DNA of 64,000 bases from Balanoglossus misakiensis (taxonomy: Eukaryota > Animalia > Hemichordata), in contig CM082594.2 of assembly GCA_040954595.2 (NCBI GenBank), positions 3,705,319-3,769,318 on the forward strand, given 5' to 3'. A model generated the notes under the pieces. It made no database searches. It was given only the letters and a program-made list of their open reading frames with translations, and was not told where the DNA came from. The position numbers were made by a program, and so were the translations under genes. Of the stretch, positions 1 to 13,400 are shown piece after piece. Position 1 is the first letter of the stretch; each line of letters begins with the position of its first letter.

Positions 1-676
1 TAAGAACAAGCGTTTTAGAATAAAAGTAAAACGCACAGGAACGCAAAAATTACATTAGAACATTTAAGAATTAAAGTCAGCGACGTGACTCTGCTAATGG
101 CAATAGAAGTTGGTTGGAAATTTAACCATTCGAAAATGATGTGCTACAAAATATTTTTACGAGGTATATCAGTTCATTTAGCTCATAGTTTAATGTTTTC
201 AAGTAATATGTTTAAAACTCAAAAATGACAAAGCTATTACAAAGGTAACACGGTAACTCTTGGTCGTTGACCTTGAGCGATGTGGGGGGGGGGGGGTTGT
301 GCTTTGGTAATAAAACCGATAATTGCTTGATGTATCTTATTCCGATAACAGAAGCAAATTGCACTCGTAAAATACGACTGCCAGATTTGGTTGCCGCGAC
401 AGTGACCGAATTTTAAATGTTTTATTGCTTGTGATGTACATGTATTGCGCCAATTAAAAGCCACCCTACCCCCCCCCCCCCCCAGTTACATTTCTGGCAA
501 AAGAAAGGAGATCCCCGGGGTGATGTTTTCAATTTTAAAAAATATATTCAAATCGCCATCTTTGTTCAGTAACTATGGGCAACCGGCCTATAAAGGTAAT
601 ATGCACCCCGGGGGCACACTTGCATTAAAAATTATAGTCCCTAGCCCTCAAACCTTTCTATTCTTTGCTATATTAA

Positions 677-1071
677 AGTGAACCAATGGGAGACTTTTTG
701 GAAACAAAGAAGAAATCAGGGTGTTCACCGTCTTGGTTTTTTGACTAAAAAATAGTTAAATTATCTTCATAGAGTTAACATTGAATTTGGCGGCCATTTT
801 GAATTTCGAATTTGAGACTAATTTTCCCGCTCATTCTTGCTCAACATGTTGAACGATGACTTCAAATGTTATTATCAATTTTAAGGCGGAAAAAAACTGA
901 AGTTTCAAGTTTCCTTGAGAAATATATAAGAAAAAGTGTGACAGATTTTGAGGCACATATTACCTTTCTCTTTACATACAGAAGGTTACATGTGTACATC
1001 TCACTTGACGTATCAAATAAAGTAACATTTCTAATTCGTGATAACTATTGTCTCCTAAATATTGGAGCCCT
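677..1071. mobile_element. Putative non-autonomous TIR element (MITE-like) flanked by TTAA
   Basis: Left end TTAA|AGTGAACCAAT (673-687); right end ATTGGAGCCCT|TTAA (1061-1075, reverse complement TTAA-AGGGCTCCAAT). Degenerate TIRs with AG...CT termini and TTAA on both sides, as in Kolobok-type elements. No coding capacity. Confidence 0.4.
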
Positions 1072-4000
1072 TTAAAAGCATGGAGAAAGGATCAATGCAA
1101 AACAATCCACTATAATGGGAGATACGTACTTATTCCATTTTTGAATAGATCGAATAAACCGATTCGCCGTGACCATGAATTGTTTTAGGAAAATCCCCGA
1201 TGGACAGGCATCTATGAACTGTTGCTAGGTAACCCAAGAGCATCCGTTGGTCAAAAACCAATATATTAGACAAATAATTGGCGTAACAAATTGTGACATG
1301 TTTATTCAGTACAGCTGCTGAAAGGATAATTCACACTGTCACAGACAGATGAAAAGTGCCTAATTTGCATACCGTGCTGCAGACCCTCATGGCTCAACTG
1401 TGGTATTTTGTTTGTAGAAGAGGGTGTCCACCCGCTGTGTCAGATTATTTGATCAGCGTGAACGCAGTTTTGTTGCGAAAACGGCGCCATTTCCGCTGTC
1501 ACGTGAGAGCTTCCAGGCACTAACTCAACGATGGACGTATGTGTTGAAACGGCGCACTGACGGAAACATCGCTTTATCAAGTCCTTCAAACTAAAAACAC
1601 GGGCCTTAAGGGAAGTGTCGCATTGCTTAGGGCTGGATCTGTGATTGAGAAATAGCAACCCCCGTCATTTGGTGCTTCCTGTGTTTCATACGTTGACAAC
1701 TGATTGATGATATTACCGTTTCCATGGCTATGTATTGAATTACGCGTTTCTATTGTGTGTGTTTTTCTCAACATAACCTTGGGATGTGTGCTTTGGAGTG
1801 TTAATTTTGCTCCCTCTTGCGTCACGTGGTATCTTGTTGTAGGGGGCACACTTACTGTCATTTGAGAAACTTTAAAACACCACGTTGTTAAAATTGTAAT
1901 TCAACATGCAAGTGTGGTGAGCGGCTAGTTTTTCATAGTCATAAACAAATTCGCACTTACAACTGGTGTATGATTCCACTGTAGACACTGTGGTTTGATA
2001 CAAATTCATTGTTTTCTATGGTAAAGTTGAAGCACTAAATAAGAACACGGATGTGAAGATACGCCATATAATAGTTCATACGTTTCGCAGGTTTTTTGTC
2101 CATGTTCGGATATACGTGAAAAGTATATGTTCGTCGACAGAGGGCACCGGTTGAGAAAAATAAACTCTTGATGCTGCTGGTCGTGATTTTCCATCGCACT
2201 GCAAACTGGAATGATGAAATGATCTAAACGTCCGACAAAGATGAATCACAATAGTGATAAAGCTTAACCGAAAATTGTTGCCTCTGCGTTTTTCTACTCC
2301 GGGGCTAATCCGATTATAGTGGCGTCAGCGACATCTCACGTAGCACCGCCATCATGCATCGTGCGGTCATGATATACGATACGCCAATTTAACAGTTCAG
2401 TCTTTGGGGTGACCGCTCTACGAAATGTCAAACAACTTCCTCCCGCAGAAAAAAAAGGCGCTTTAATCTAGCCTCGTCTCCGCGCAGGCAGAGCCGTCGA
2501 ACAGGAAGTCTCGCCCTGGACGCGCTTCCGCGTCATTATTCAGAGTCATGTTGTAAGGTTTAGACGCGTGCGTTGAAGTTCGCCACTGTCACTGCAAGCT
2601 TTTCCTAGACATCCACGTCGTGAGAACGCGCGCTCTTGTGATTTCACAGCACATTTTCCTGCTTGCGGACCTGGAACACGTGCAGTCAACGAAATTTGAC
2701 TGTGAAACCGCATGCAAAGAGGGAAACGTATAGACAACGAGGTAGGGAAGCATTTATTACTTAAGTGCCCGAGTATCTATACTGCTTTCAATTTGCAGCT
2801 TATGAAGATGTTATATAGGTTGGCAAGATCAGCGAAAACGCTCCAGTTTGAAAGAAAATTCAGTTGCTTTCGTTTGTAGAGCAGGTAAAAAAAAGGAATC
2901 CATTTCATTTTACCGTGTAGACGTTGTTTGTGAATGTGCGTTAACAGTATATCTGAACGTATGCAGAGCAAAGCATGTTTATATGGAGGCGAAATATGCC
3001 ATGTTTGCTACATATGTGTAGACCTGACCTTCTTATCACAAGATGTCACTTATAAAAGCGCCACATAATTCTCCGTTTTTTCCAATGTACAAGGGAGCTA
3101 CGTTTAACCAACGCTAATTAACGCACGTGTCGTGCGATCGCGGCCGAGAATATGCCAGTACCATTACTTAGCGATCACGGGAACAGCTGACCTCATGAAT
3201 CTCGCAATTCACGATTTGTTTGCCATAAATTATTAATCGCAACGAATCGAAGGTTACGTTCAGTGTTCGATGTACAAAACATTATTGTAATATGTGGGTT
3301 ATTTTCTAATTTAATTCGATTGCAAAATATAGCCCCTTTCACATTCCATATCACGGCAAAGCTGCGTAAAAGAGGTCAGCCTTGTTTGCTGTTAATATCT
3401 CAGTGGTTGGGAGCTTTTATGGGCACCACTGTTTGCATTCATCTGCTCTGCTGGGATAAAAGAGTACTTGATTGCATTGACGAGTGGATTCGAGAGCGAC
3501 ATTAGTAATTTTCAATTAGCAACTGAACATACTAAGATGACAGAACCACATTTGTTTTGGATTTAGTTTGTCAAAAAAATACCATATCCGCCGGGTATAA
3601 TCTCTGAAGAGGACAAAGCTAGACTTGAAGAGTATCTCTTATCATGATACACGAAACCTCTCTAAACTAATGTATTTTTAAGTGCGTGTTAATATGAACG
3701 TCCGAATTTTAAAAGAAAATAAGACTTTGCCGGTATTAATGCAGCCTGTTTCATTTTTGTGTGACTAGGCACTCGTGGTATATATCATTCTCTTCAGCAG
3801 TTCCCGATGTCGACAACTGATACTCTGTTTCTCAACATTGGGCAGAAAATGAGTGCCTGGAAGTGAAACGCCGTTTGAACGATTTTTGAACGCCAATAAC
3901 ATTTAACGACAGTTTTCTTCTCAACCGCAATATCGGAGTTTTATATTAGCCAGTATAATATACCCTGGGTTTTATAGGATTGTCCGCTATCACAGTCATG

Positions 4001-5248
4001 AAATCGAGTCATAACAAGAATACCGAATAATTATCGAATATATTATAATGGAGAAGCCCGTAGCCAGAGATTGTTTGATTGTGTTTTGACTGCTGGAATT
4101 GCCATCCGTATGGATAGTCACAGCTTCACGTGAGATCACATGCCATCGTCTCCTTACAGGCTAATAAATGTGAATGTTTACATAGCGAATGCCTGTTGAA
4201 CAAACGATACTGTAGTTGACGTCACTGTACATCGTACATTAATTACTTTCGTTGACAGTGTTACAATGGAAACGATATGTGAATTAATTAACACACAGCA
4301 CATGTTACCGTGTTTGATTCTGTTTTCAAAATGAGGCAAATTTTATCTCCGATCAATGATGCGAAGTGGCCTTCGATCCCGATACCATTGAACTCGGGAA
4401 CGAGTTAAAACCTTAGTAGTGGCAATTTTTTTCGTGTAAATCCATGATTGTACTTTCGAATTTATCTCATGTTAGAGAGAAGTGTTACTATAGCGCCTGC
4501 TTGTTATGTATGCAAAAGACAACTATGTAAATTTGAGAGCAGCACATGCCCTGGGCTGCATGTACGCGAAAATTTGACTGCCAATGTAAATTCCCGTGTG
4601 GAAAATTTAGATATTATATGCACGCTCAAAAAATAATAGAAAAATAATGATATATACTTTTTCTGGTGTATTCATTCCAATAAAAATCAAGATATTATAT
4701 CATGATAGCAATCTGTAAGTCCTTCAGTGCAATGATGAGAGCGTTGTTCAAATTGCAATAATAATTTGCCCCGAGAATATAGAAATTTCTCCTTGTTCCT
4801 TTAAATCAATACTTAATTATCTGCAGCAGATGTATTCGATGCCAGGCAGTTCTGACACGTCATGATAAGCGATTTGTTGCGGAAAGTTACAACATATTTG
4901 TATATAGCTGAACGTTTTGCTAAGCATAATCTTTCTGTTGCCATTTGCAAGACAACCAGTTCAGTTGCACTTTTGTGACTTCAGTGGGAATACACTGGCC
5001 AGCTGGTACAGAGCTTGAGGCCCAGATTTTGTGAAATCCGAGGATCAGATCAATTTACCGTTCGAGTGTTCGTCGTTAGACTTGGCGCAATTTATGTGGG
5101 CGTCATGCACGGAGAGCCTAAACTGTTTATCAGTTGAACAATCTGGGCGGTGAGGAACGGCCTTCGAAACTGATATCGTTATGATGCGTATGGCAAATAG
5201 GTAAACACATAACACTACACGGTCTGACAGCACAGCACATCGCATTAA

Positions 5249-5531
5249 AGGTATACGGTCACCTTCAATTTACATATGTTCATAAATGGCTAAACCCACC
5301 CGGAGCAGGATTATATAGATCAACACGCCATTCTAAATCGAATTCTAAAACTGGTCCGCACACCTGAAAGGACACCTCTAATTTACATATACGCAGTCAC
5401 ATACATGTATGGCCAAAAGACCGTGTTTAAATCTTAGAATGACCATATAGGGCGCATGTGTTTCGCGTGATTCGCTTGATCTCAACGTTCAGTGGTACGT
5501 GTGGCTAAATTTGCATATATCACCCGCACCT
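5249..5531. mobile_element. Putative TTAA-flanked MITE-like element
   Basis: TTAA|AGGTATACGGTCACC...CACCCGCACCT|TTAA. The 5' end (aggtatacggtcaccttcaatttacatat) recurs in diverged form at 50801 (aggtgcacggtcacctccaatttagatat), indicating an interspersed family. Confidence 0.45.
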
Positions 5532-7226
5532 TTAAGCTACTCTGGGTCTGGCACATAGCACAGTCAAACTGGTCGGTATCCATTTTGTCTTGCCTAATTA
5601 TAGATACTTCAGCGTTTTGGATATCTTTTTTTTCACGTTTATTGGATTTCAATGGGCTCCCTAATTTACATCGGGCGCATTTCTTTACGTTTAACCACCT
5701 GGAGCGGATTTTTATAGATCAATACACAGTCTCTGGTTCCAAAACTGCCCAGTGCACCGGGTCAACATGTTGACGCACATCCGGTGCAGTCTGTAAAACT
5801 GAATTGTGTTGTACGATATTAAATTTGATATTGGGTAAACAATTACGCGTTCTCTGTTGTCACGTTCCCCCGACACAAGTGTATGGAGGGACCATCGTCT
5901 TGCCCACCTGAAAGCTGTCATCAAAACGGGTGTTTGCAGAGTGTTTACAACAGCTATGCTCCTACAAGAAGCTAAGGAACCATATTGAATTGGAAATTGG
6001 ACGTTTTCATTTATAAGTCCCTACTTGTAGATGTAAAACTTAAGGTATGAACAACGAAATATGATGCCTTTATAATCGAAACAATAATGAATTTCTGTGG
6101 TGTTGGTGGACACCCAATATTTTTTTTTTCATGAAATTCTTTCGGTATAAACTTTTTGATGATTGAATGTCTGAAAATTCAAACATGACTGTGCGACACT
6201 TTGACCTCTATCTGCATACATAATCGTGTACACATGCGATAGTTCAAGCGTACTACGTGACCAAGAGAGTCGACAAACTAGTTGAAGCTTGTTACCAAAT
6301 TGAAACACAATACATCTGGTAAAACACGTATAAGCCTGTGAGAAGTGTAAGTTGTCAATCTCCGAGATGGAAAGGGTTGGTTTTGGAAAATTACGACTTT
6401 CATTACTGAGTCGCGCTCGAGGCGAAAAGCTTGGCGCCCGAGATGAGACAAAGATGGCGGCTTCGTCTCAACAAACAGGTATGGGGAAAAGCGCGACGTG
6501 CATGTCAATTGTGTTTCGAGCCAGGTTTACACAGATCCCCGCTTACACCAGAAGCACGCACGTTGTAGGATGAATAGTTCAGGCGACAGGAATAATGACA
6601 GAGCCACGCTGTCCGTCAGAACGTGTAACTCAAACGTGATCGTTGTAGTCGAAACAGGCAAGGCCAATCTCAATTTCAACACATCGTCCTTGCATACACT
6701 TTCGCTGTGTGACGTTATAAGCAGACCCTGATGGGTTGTAGTGTTTTCACTGCATTACCTGTACTCTGCAAGTGTAGGATGAGGCGTAAATTATCTACAT
6801 GTACATGTATCTCAATTAAAACTTCCCACGGTGTAAAACTGAGGCAATGTAAAATAAACCTATTAAAATTAACGATGTTGCCAATGAGCTAATATAACCA
6901 CACACTTTTATAGGTCATTTCATTTCACTTGTGTCATGGGTTTGAAATTCGCCGAGCCAGATTTCAAGAGCTCTGTTGTTTTACATCCTTGTTTAGCTAT
7001 TTGCAGTCAATGAGAGTAAGCCGGCGCCGGTCTGAAATTGCTTCTCGTACTAATAACCGAACTGTCCAGATTGTAGATTGATTAAGATAAGACACTTGAT
7101 GGCATAGCAAGTGTGTGTTTCCACATATTGTTCACGTGTATGTAAATTAAGAAGCCAATGCCTTTCAAGCGCATCTTTGACACTGTTTTCACTGTTCTTG
7201 TTTCCGTTATTTGGGTTATTCTGCTT

Positions 7227-7348
7227 ACCAAGAAACTGGATTTGCCGTCTGTAGAATTCAACGGAACCAAGAAACTGGATTTGCCGTCTGTAGAATTCTA
7301 CGGAACCAAGAAACTGGATTTGCCGTCTGTAGAATTCTACGGAACCAA
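7227..7348. repeat. 39-bp tandem repeat, about 3.1 copies
   Basis: Unit ACCAAGAAACTGGATTTGCCGTCTGTAGAATTC(A/T)ACGGA starts at 7227, 7266 and 7305. Copies 2 and 3 contain the palindrome GTAGAATTCTAC; copy 1 has one mismatch. Confidence 0.95.
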
Positions 7349-7406
7349 TACTGTGTAGAGTAAGCACTGCAGTAAAAACGAGAAGAAAACAAAAAACATT
7401 TGCCAT
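7228..7406 (-). CDS. Candidate first coding exon of a small secreted peptide precursor (signal peptide + 3x SVEFYRRQIQFLG)
   Basis: ATG at 7406 gives MANVFCFLLVFTAVLTLHSIG (hydrophobic, signal-like), then three in-frame 13-aa repeats with RR sites, ending CTT G|GTAAGC (strong phase-1 donor). Downstream exon not identified. Confidence 0.35.
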
Positions 7407-10400
7407 AAATTCTAAATGCGACTTTAATAAATAAAAACTAACCCAATCAAAATACGCCAACGTTTGAGGAAACTTATTATTCGTCTGGTCTAATTAATTC
7501 ATTTGTTTCAAACAGCCGTAAGCCATCTACACGATTCATATACTGCCTTGGGTCTAAACTTTATGAAACATTTGAAGGGATCTTGTTTGCTTCGTTGGTG
7601 AAAGTAACGCAATCTGTATTATTAATAACTTCAAATTGCAAAAATATCGCCGCAGGGTCAGATGTATTTTGTTAACAGATCTTGATGACCACCTTAACAA
7701 CGGATGAAGTCTATAAAGTACATGAAAGGAGTCAACGACCTCCTCTGCCAATGTCGTCTGCATTGGAGAGCATGATTTCATTTACTTGTGAACTTGAATC
7801 AGAGATTAAAAATTGAAATTGTATACTTGAAGACAAGGTCGAGTTCACACAATTTTTAAACAATTGGTCCAATTTAATGTGAAGTGATTGGAAGCCTATT
7901 CTTATATTATTAAATTGCCACTTTGAAATACTTTATCCCTCCTATTTAGGATAGTGAAAGCTACCCTAAATGAAAAGTATTCACATTATGCGCACAAATT
8001 AAAGTGCCGGATTTATCTGTTAAATTTTCCCCTGTATTCATGCCAGTACCGGCAGTTCATTTAATCATACTCCTCCAAAAATCTAGTTTAAGAATTTCAG
8101 TAGAGGAAAGGCCGGAAAAGGTGACATCCCTAGGCAATGCAATTGCAATTCTTTCAACTGAAGGAGCCGTGTGTTCAAGATTTGCACACCGTATACATAC
8201 ATGTATAGCATATGAACTTCCTGTAAGACTCATCCCATGAGACTAGCTAAGGAGCCAATGGACCCTTTTCTAGCTAGGCTACTTTGCACATTGACAGCTA
8301 ACATTGCGCGAGTTAAAAGTGAATACATGTACTTCCGAGATATTATTGTTTGTAGGTGTTTTTAATGGTCGCTATTGTTTTATTTGCGAAGAATCGTCAA
8401 TATAAACATTTAGAGGTCTGCAAATAAATCAAAGGTCACAGAGCAACGAGGAAGAGCAGCAACAATACAACTAAAATTGTCTAAATATGACGCTTCTTTC
8501 TTGGCGAGTCACGCGATCCGTATTCAATAAAAATCTCATTACGACAACATCGCATGCCACGATGATTTCCATTGTGTTTCTGGGATAAAGTCTTTCTGCG
8601 CGTAGTCGCCCGAGAACGAAGTCGATCTTCTGACGACGTATATAGGAGAGTGCTTCGTGCACAAAGCGAGGGTGAACGTTTAAGGCCACTGGGTTCACAG
8701 AATATTGCGTGAGGGAGTTCCGTGGTCTTGTTGTTTTTTAATTGCAACGATGGCAAAGGTGAGCGCGGTATTTCGAGGTTCAAGTACATCAGCTCGAAGG
8801 CCTATAGATTAAGAAACCCGTCAAGCGTATAACAGGGCAGTCCCTCAAAGGCACTGCATGGTCAACGGCTGCGTACGTGATGTCCTTGGCGTCTGCTCCA
8901 AGTGGGTGTTTTCCGACATCAGTTGCGGTTGTTACTTTCCAGGTATGTCCGAGTCGCATTTGTAGTCCACAAAAACAAGAGCGTCTAGGAGATCAGGAAC
9001 GGCTAATGGTCCATCGGATACCACTGGTTACGGTAAAGTCACTAACAACCCCCACTAATTGGCAATATAAGGTTGTGCCAAAGTGATTAACTGTGCTGTT
9101 TATAAAAGAAAACAAATCTCATCATTCTTATCCTTGGTGTATAATTTGGTCTGATCAACTAGATCTGTTTTTGCTATTAGCATGATTAGATGGGCGAGGT
9201 ATACATGATGGAACTGTTTTCTTTCTGTTTATGCTAGATCATTGATTAAAGAACCCTTACTGACGTAACTCATTAACCTGGGTAAAGCCTTTCAGCAATA
9301 TAAATCATTCACTTGACATTTTATCTACGGCTCGGAAAGACATGTAGGTTTTTCGGTTGATGCTAGCGCTCACCTCGCCTCCCCCGCCATCTCAATCTAT
9401 GACAACTTGAAGGTCAACTGCCAATCATAACCATACATGTCGTTTGTGGAGTGGGTCTGAATCCGATAATCATCGGGTAATGACCTGCTGTTCGGTTGGT
9501 TTCTTTCAAATCGTCTTCGGCGGATTTGTCGCCAGTTCACGTTCAGTGGCACGAGATCTGTTCCTTTTATATTAAAAGTGCACACGACGCACTCTAAGTA
9601 TTAAAGTATAAAACCTGTAGATGGATATGTTTTAACTGAAATTCTAACTCCTTAATAACCCATAAGTTCCCGCGAAAGGCAGAATTTTAGTATTCTGCGT
9701 GCTGTTCTTAGGAAACTACTGTAGACGAGTTCCCACTGTGACAAAATGTGACATTAGCCATAACCGAGATTTTCTTTCAATAAAGTCCACGAGTCGAGAA
9801 TTACGCTAATAAGAAACACATGCAAGTTTGTTCGTTTCTGTAAAACACGGTTGATGTATACACAATTTCTCTGCGTTGACGCAAAAACCACGAATGACAC
9901 AACCTCCAAACTGAAAGCCTCCTTTCGGCAATGCACATACGGGAACCCACCCCCGCTATGCCGACTGATAATAAAACATGATGGCACAACGACTATAGTA
10001 AGTTTTCCTAAGAGAACTGCTATCAAAAGCGTGACGTCTGAGCTTTGAAATGATTCAAAACACGGAAATCATGGCTAGGACTTTTGATATTTGTTTTCAG
10101 TGCTGAGCTTTGATTGTCCTTTGTTGCAGCACTTTTCCAAAGTCAAGGCGCACATCACATTGTATAAACTCGCTGTTGTCAATGTCAAAAGATGAAATTA
10201 ACTTGTTTACGCAGTATGTATATAAATAGCCAGCTAGGAATTCCAACTGTCAGCCGTTGTATATCAGTCCAAAATTCCAATTTTCATTTTGGACCGTCAC
10301 TTTGGTTTGAGATCACCAAACTACACCGTCAGCACGTTGTAGGGCATACGACGAGTATTCTAATTTAGATCAACTCAACTAACATACAGAAGGTAGTGTA

Positions 10401-13400
10401 TCAATGCAATAAATCACCATTGAAATAGCTGTTAATGATAATAATATAAGCTACGCATGGAAAGGTTACTATTTTCTATGTATTCAGACGAAGTTAAAAA
10501 GCACCGACCCCAACCATGTTAATCTGTTGATAACCTGAATGCATGTCCGTTTTGATAACGGATTCGAAGATTTATCCAGTTGGGCGATCAAATTTCGTTT
10601 ATCCTGGTCATTTTGCATCTTTTCAGCAATAGTTGCAACATAAAACCGCCGCTGTAAACCGCTTCGTATCCCCTTGTGCCGTGACCAGTTGGGATTTTAT
10701 CATAACCATGGAATGCGTTTCCAGGTTCGAATTCGCGCCATTGACGTCATCAAACTCCGTTGTTTCATTGCCTGTGAATTTCTGCAAGGTTCCCTCTGTA
10801 AACTATAAATAAACACCTGTCCTTTACACGCACCTCCCCCGTTTTTATTGGCTCCATTATGATGCACGTATGAAAAAAAAAAACTTTGACGTCATTCCCA
10901 AATGACACGCGTGTGTCTTTGTTGTGATTGCACACTTCCTGACAATTAATTTTTAATTTGTCTCTTTTTTTTTCTGTGCCTGGGAACGACAACACCGTTG
11001 AATTATTTTATTTACCGCTAAATGTCCGCAAATCGACCCTGTGTTTGTGTCCATTACGTTTCTTCCGATGACCCAAGGCCAACGCACAATAATCCATCTT
11101 TTCTCTCATTACGGCAGAAGTTTCGAATATTAACGTGTCGCGCACAAGACATTACAGTTGCGCTTTGCAACACTACCGTGACGGTAAAACACTTTGGTCG
11201 ACAATCTTTTCCCAGACCGGTAAACGCTGAATGCTAGTACTTGTCTTACCGGAAAACACTTGCATGGCTTTCTGCTTAATTCAGGGGCATTTCTTTAGTT
11301 TAATCAGCCGGGGGTATTTTTCGTTTTGAAAATATCAGATAATTTTAGCCGGCGTACTTCCTCTGTAAAGTTTAATCGAGTATATGCCTTCTCGGCATTA
11401 ACGCTCGTTGAGTTGAATATGTATTTATGCATCATTAGCGAACTCAAAACACGCGCAATCAACGGATGATTTCACAGAAAGTCCGCAATAAATCAGAGTT
11501 TTAATCGGCGGCAAAAGAAAACGCCATCATTTTTCCGTATGGTCTGCGCGATTACAGCTTTAGTTTAGAAAAGACAGTCAAAAACAGTCACGTGATACTT
11601 AAAGGGTCGGGTGACAAATGGGAAGTGCCTGGATTCAAATAGCGCAGACTTACGGTTTTATGTTTTCAGAATTAATTTAGAAACGTTGTGTACACTCTTA
11701 ATGTATGTGTGTGACTTGCCTTCAGATTTCATTTTGAAATAATTTCTCATGAAAATGTGGCACGTCATGAACCTGCGTGTAAGTTTACTGAAGTCAAGAC
11801 GCACTCCGTATTAAAATGAGTACACTTCGCTGACGAACAATGCGAGCGAACCGACGGTATTCAGGAAGCAAAATATTTGAAGTGTTAATTGTGTTTGCTC
11901 ATTGGCAGTTAGTTCAACAAGAGATGGATGGTTTCTGAGTGGAGTTAAGGAACGGGTAAAGCACGCGATTACTTTGAGAAACACGAACAAAGCATGTGCT
12001 GCGTTGATCAGCACAGATTACGCATAGAGCAGGGGGAAGTTTGGTACTGAAACTTTTAGCTTTTTTTGCTTTCATGATTTTACATTCCAACGAAACGTAT
12101 ATCATGAAAATGTGCCTGATTGATGGCCGGGGAACTTGCAAGTAAATATTGAACAAATAAATAATACTAATGATGTAATTTGGTTGCAACCACAATATGG
12201 CTACCCCATCAAATAACACACAATATCATGTGTAATCGCTTCAGTTTGTGTGCCTATTCTGTCCCCAATGAAAGTTGCTTTGCCCTAAAATGACTTATTA
12301 GATGGCACCCAAAGACACATATTTTGAGAAATCTTTGTTGTTCTGTATTATTCGTAATAGATATTTTCGGTCCACTTAAGATTACAGTATGTGCTTATCT
12401 TACTTAAGCTGGTTACATCGTGCTCTAAATCGTAAACAAGATTAACATTATAATGCTGAGAATATCCTAACGACCACCCTTGTTTACCGAGGAGCTCATC
12501 TATATTACATCCACTAGTGGGATTAGCGTGACTGGGTGAATTTATACATTTAGAAATAAAATAAACATGTCACCACCGCGGAACATTAAACGAACATTAA
12601 GTACAAGAAAACCCCTCGGCAACATTACTTTATAAACGTAAATCTTTAAACTGGAAATCTGAAGCTTCTTCTATAAGCAGCAGATTTTAAATTATTTCTT
12701 TTACAAATAACAGATCAAGGGTGTGTAGATAATCTTCAGAAATAAAACCCAAGGACTAGCAATTTAAGACGCTCCGATTTGACAAACAAAATATCCAAAA
12801 CCGGTAACAATACAAGCAATTTTCAAAGACAACCAGGAATGGATTAAGATATCGAATACCGCCGGTGTGCTTAAATAGGGTTTTTCGTCATAACTAAAAC
12901 GGCATTCAAGAAGTCAAAAATAGACGTTTACGTGATGTTGGGGTGAACACATCAATTTTATATAATGGTTAAGGACTTGATTCAAGTCATTATATATACA
13001 GTCATGTTGATTCGATAAATCCGACATCTTGATAACATATTACACTTATGAGGAAAAGTGGTGATTTAAACGAGCAAATTTATAATCACGTTAAAATTTC
13101 GAGCTGTATTTGGCGTGCTGTCGCCAAAATGTCTCTCCGGAAACAACGATTTTTTCGAGGGACACGTTTCTCTTACGTCCGCATCTATTTCTACCTCGCT
13201 TATGTTCTTTTCTTCCTAGTTTCCTCTGATCTGCCCCTTCTTTCTGTCGAGTTGCACGGGCCCCCGAGTCACCCTCGTCGTCCAATTTGCGCTGATCATC
13301 TGAATGTCCTGCGGCGGCGCTACGAAGTCATGGTGTTTACATAGCACTGCGTCTACAGTTGATTTACCTTATTCATGTAGCCACATAGCGCGCAGCGCGG

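Noticed and set aside
2076-2194. Possible minus-strand start exon (MENHDQQ... or MDKKPAK|gtatga)
   Set aside because: Too short to evaluate and no partner exons identified in the window.
6454-6484. Possible plus-strand first exon aagATGGCGGCT...ACAG|GTATGG (MAASSQQT)
   Set aside because: Good start context and donor, but no downstream coding exons found. The AAGATGGCG motif also occurs in repeats and as a YY1-like site.
7227-7348. CRISPR-like array (palindromic repeat unit)
   Set aside because: Units are directly adjacent with no unique spacers, there are no cas genes and the context is eukaryotic. It is a minisatellite.
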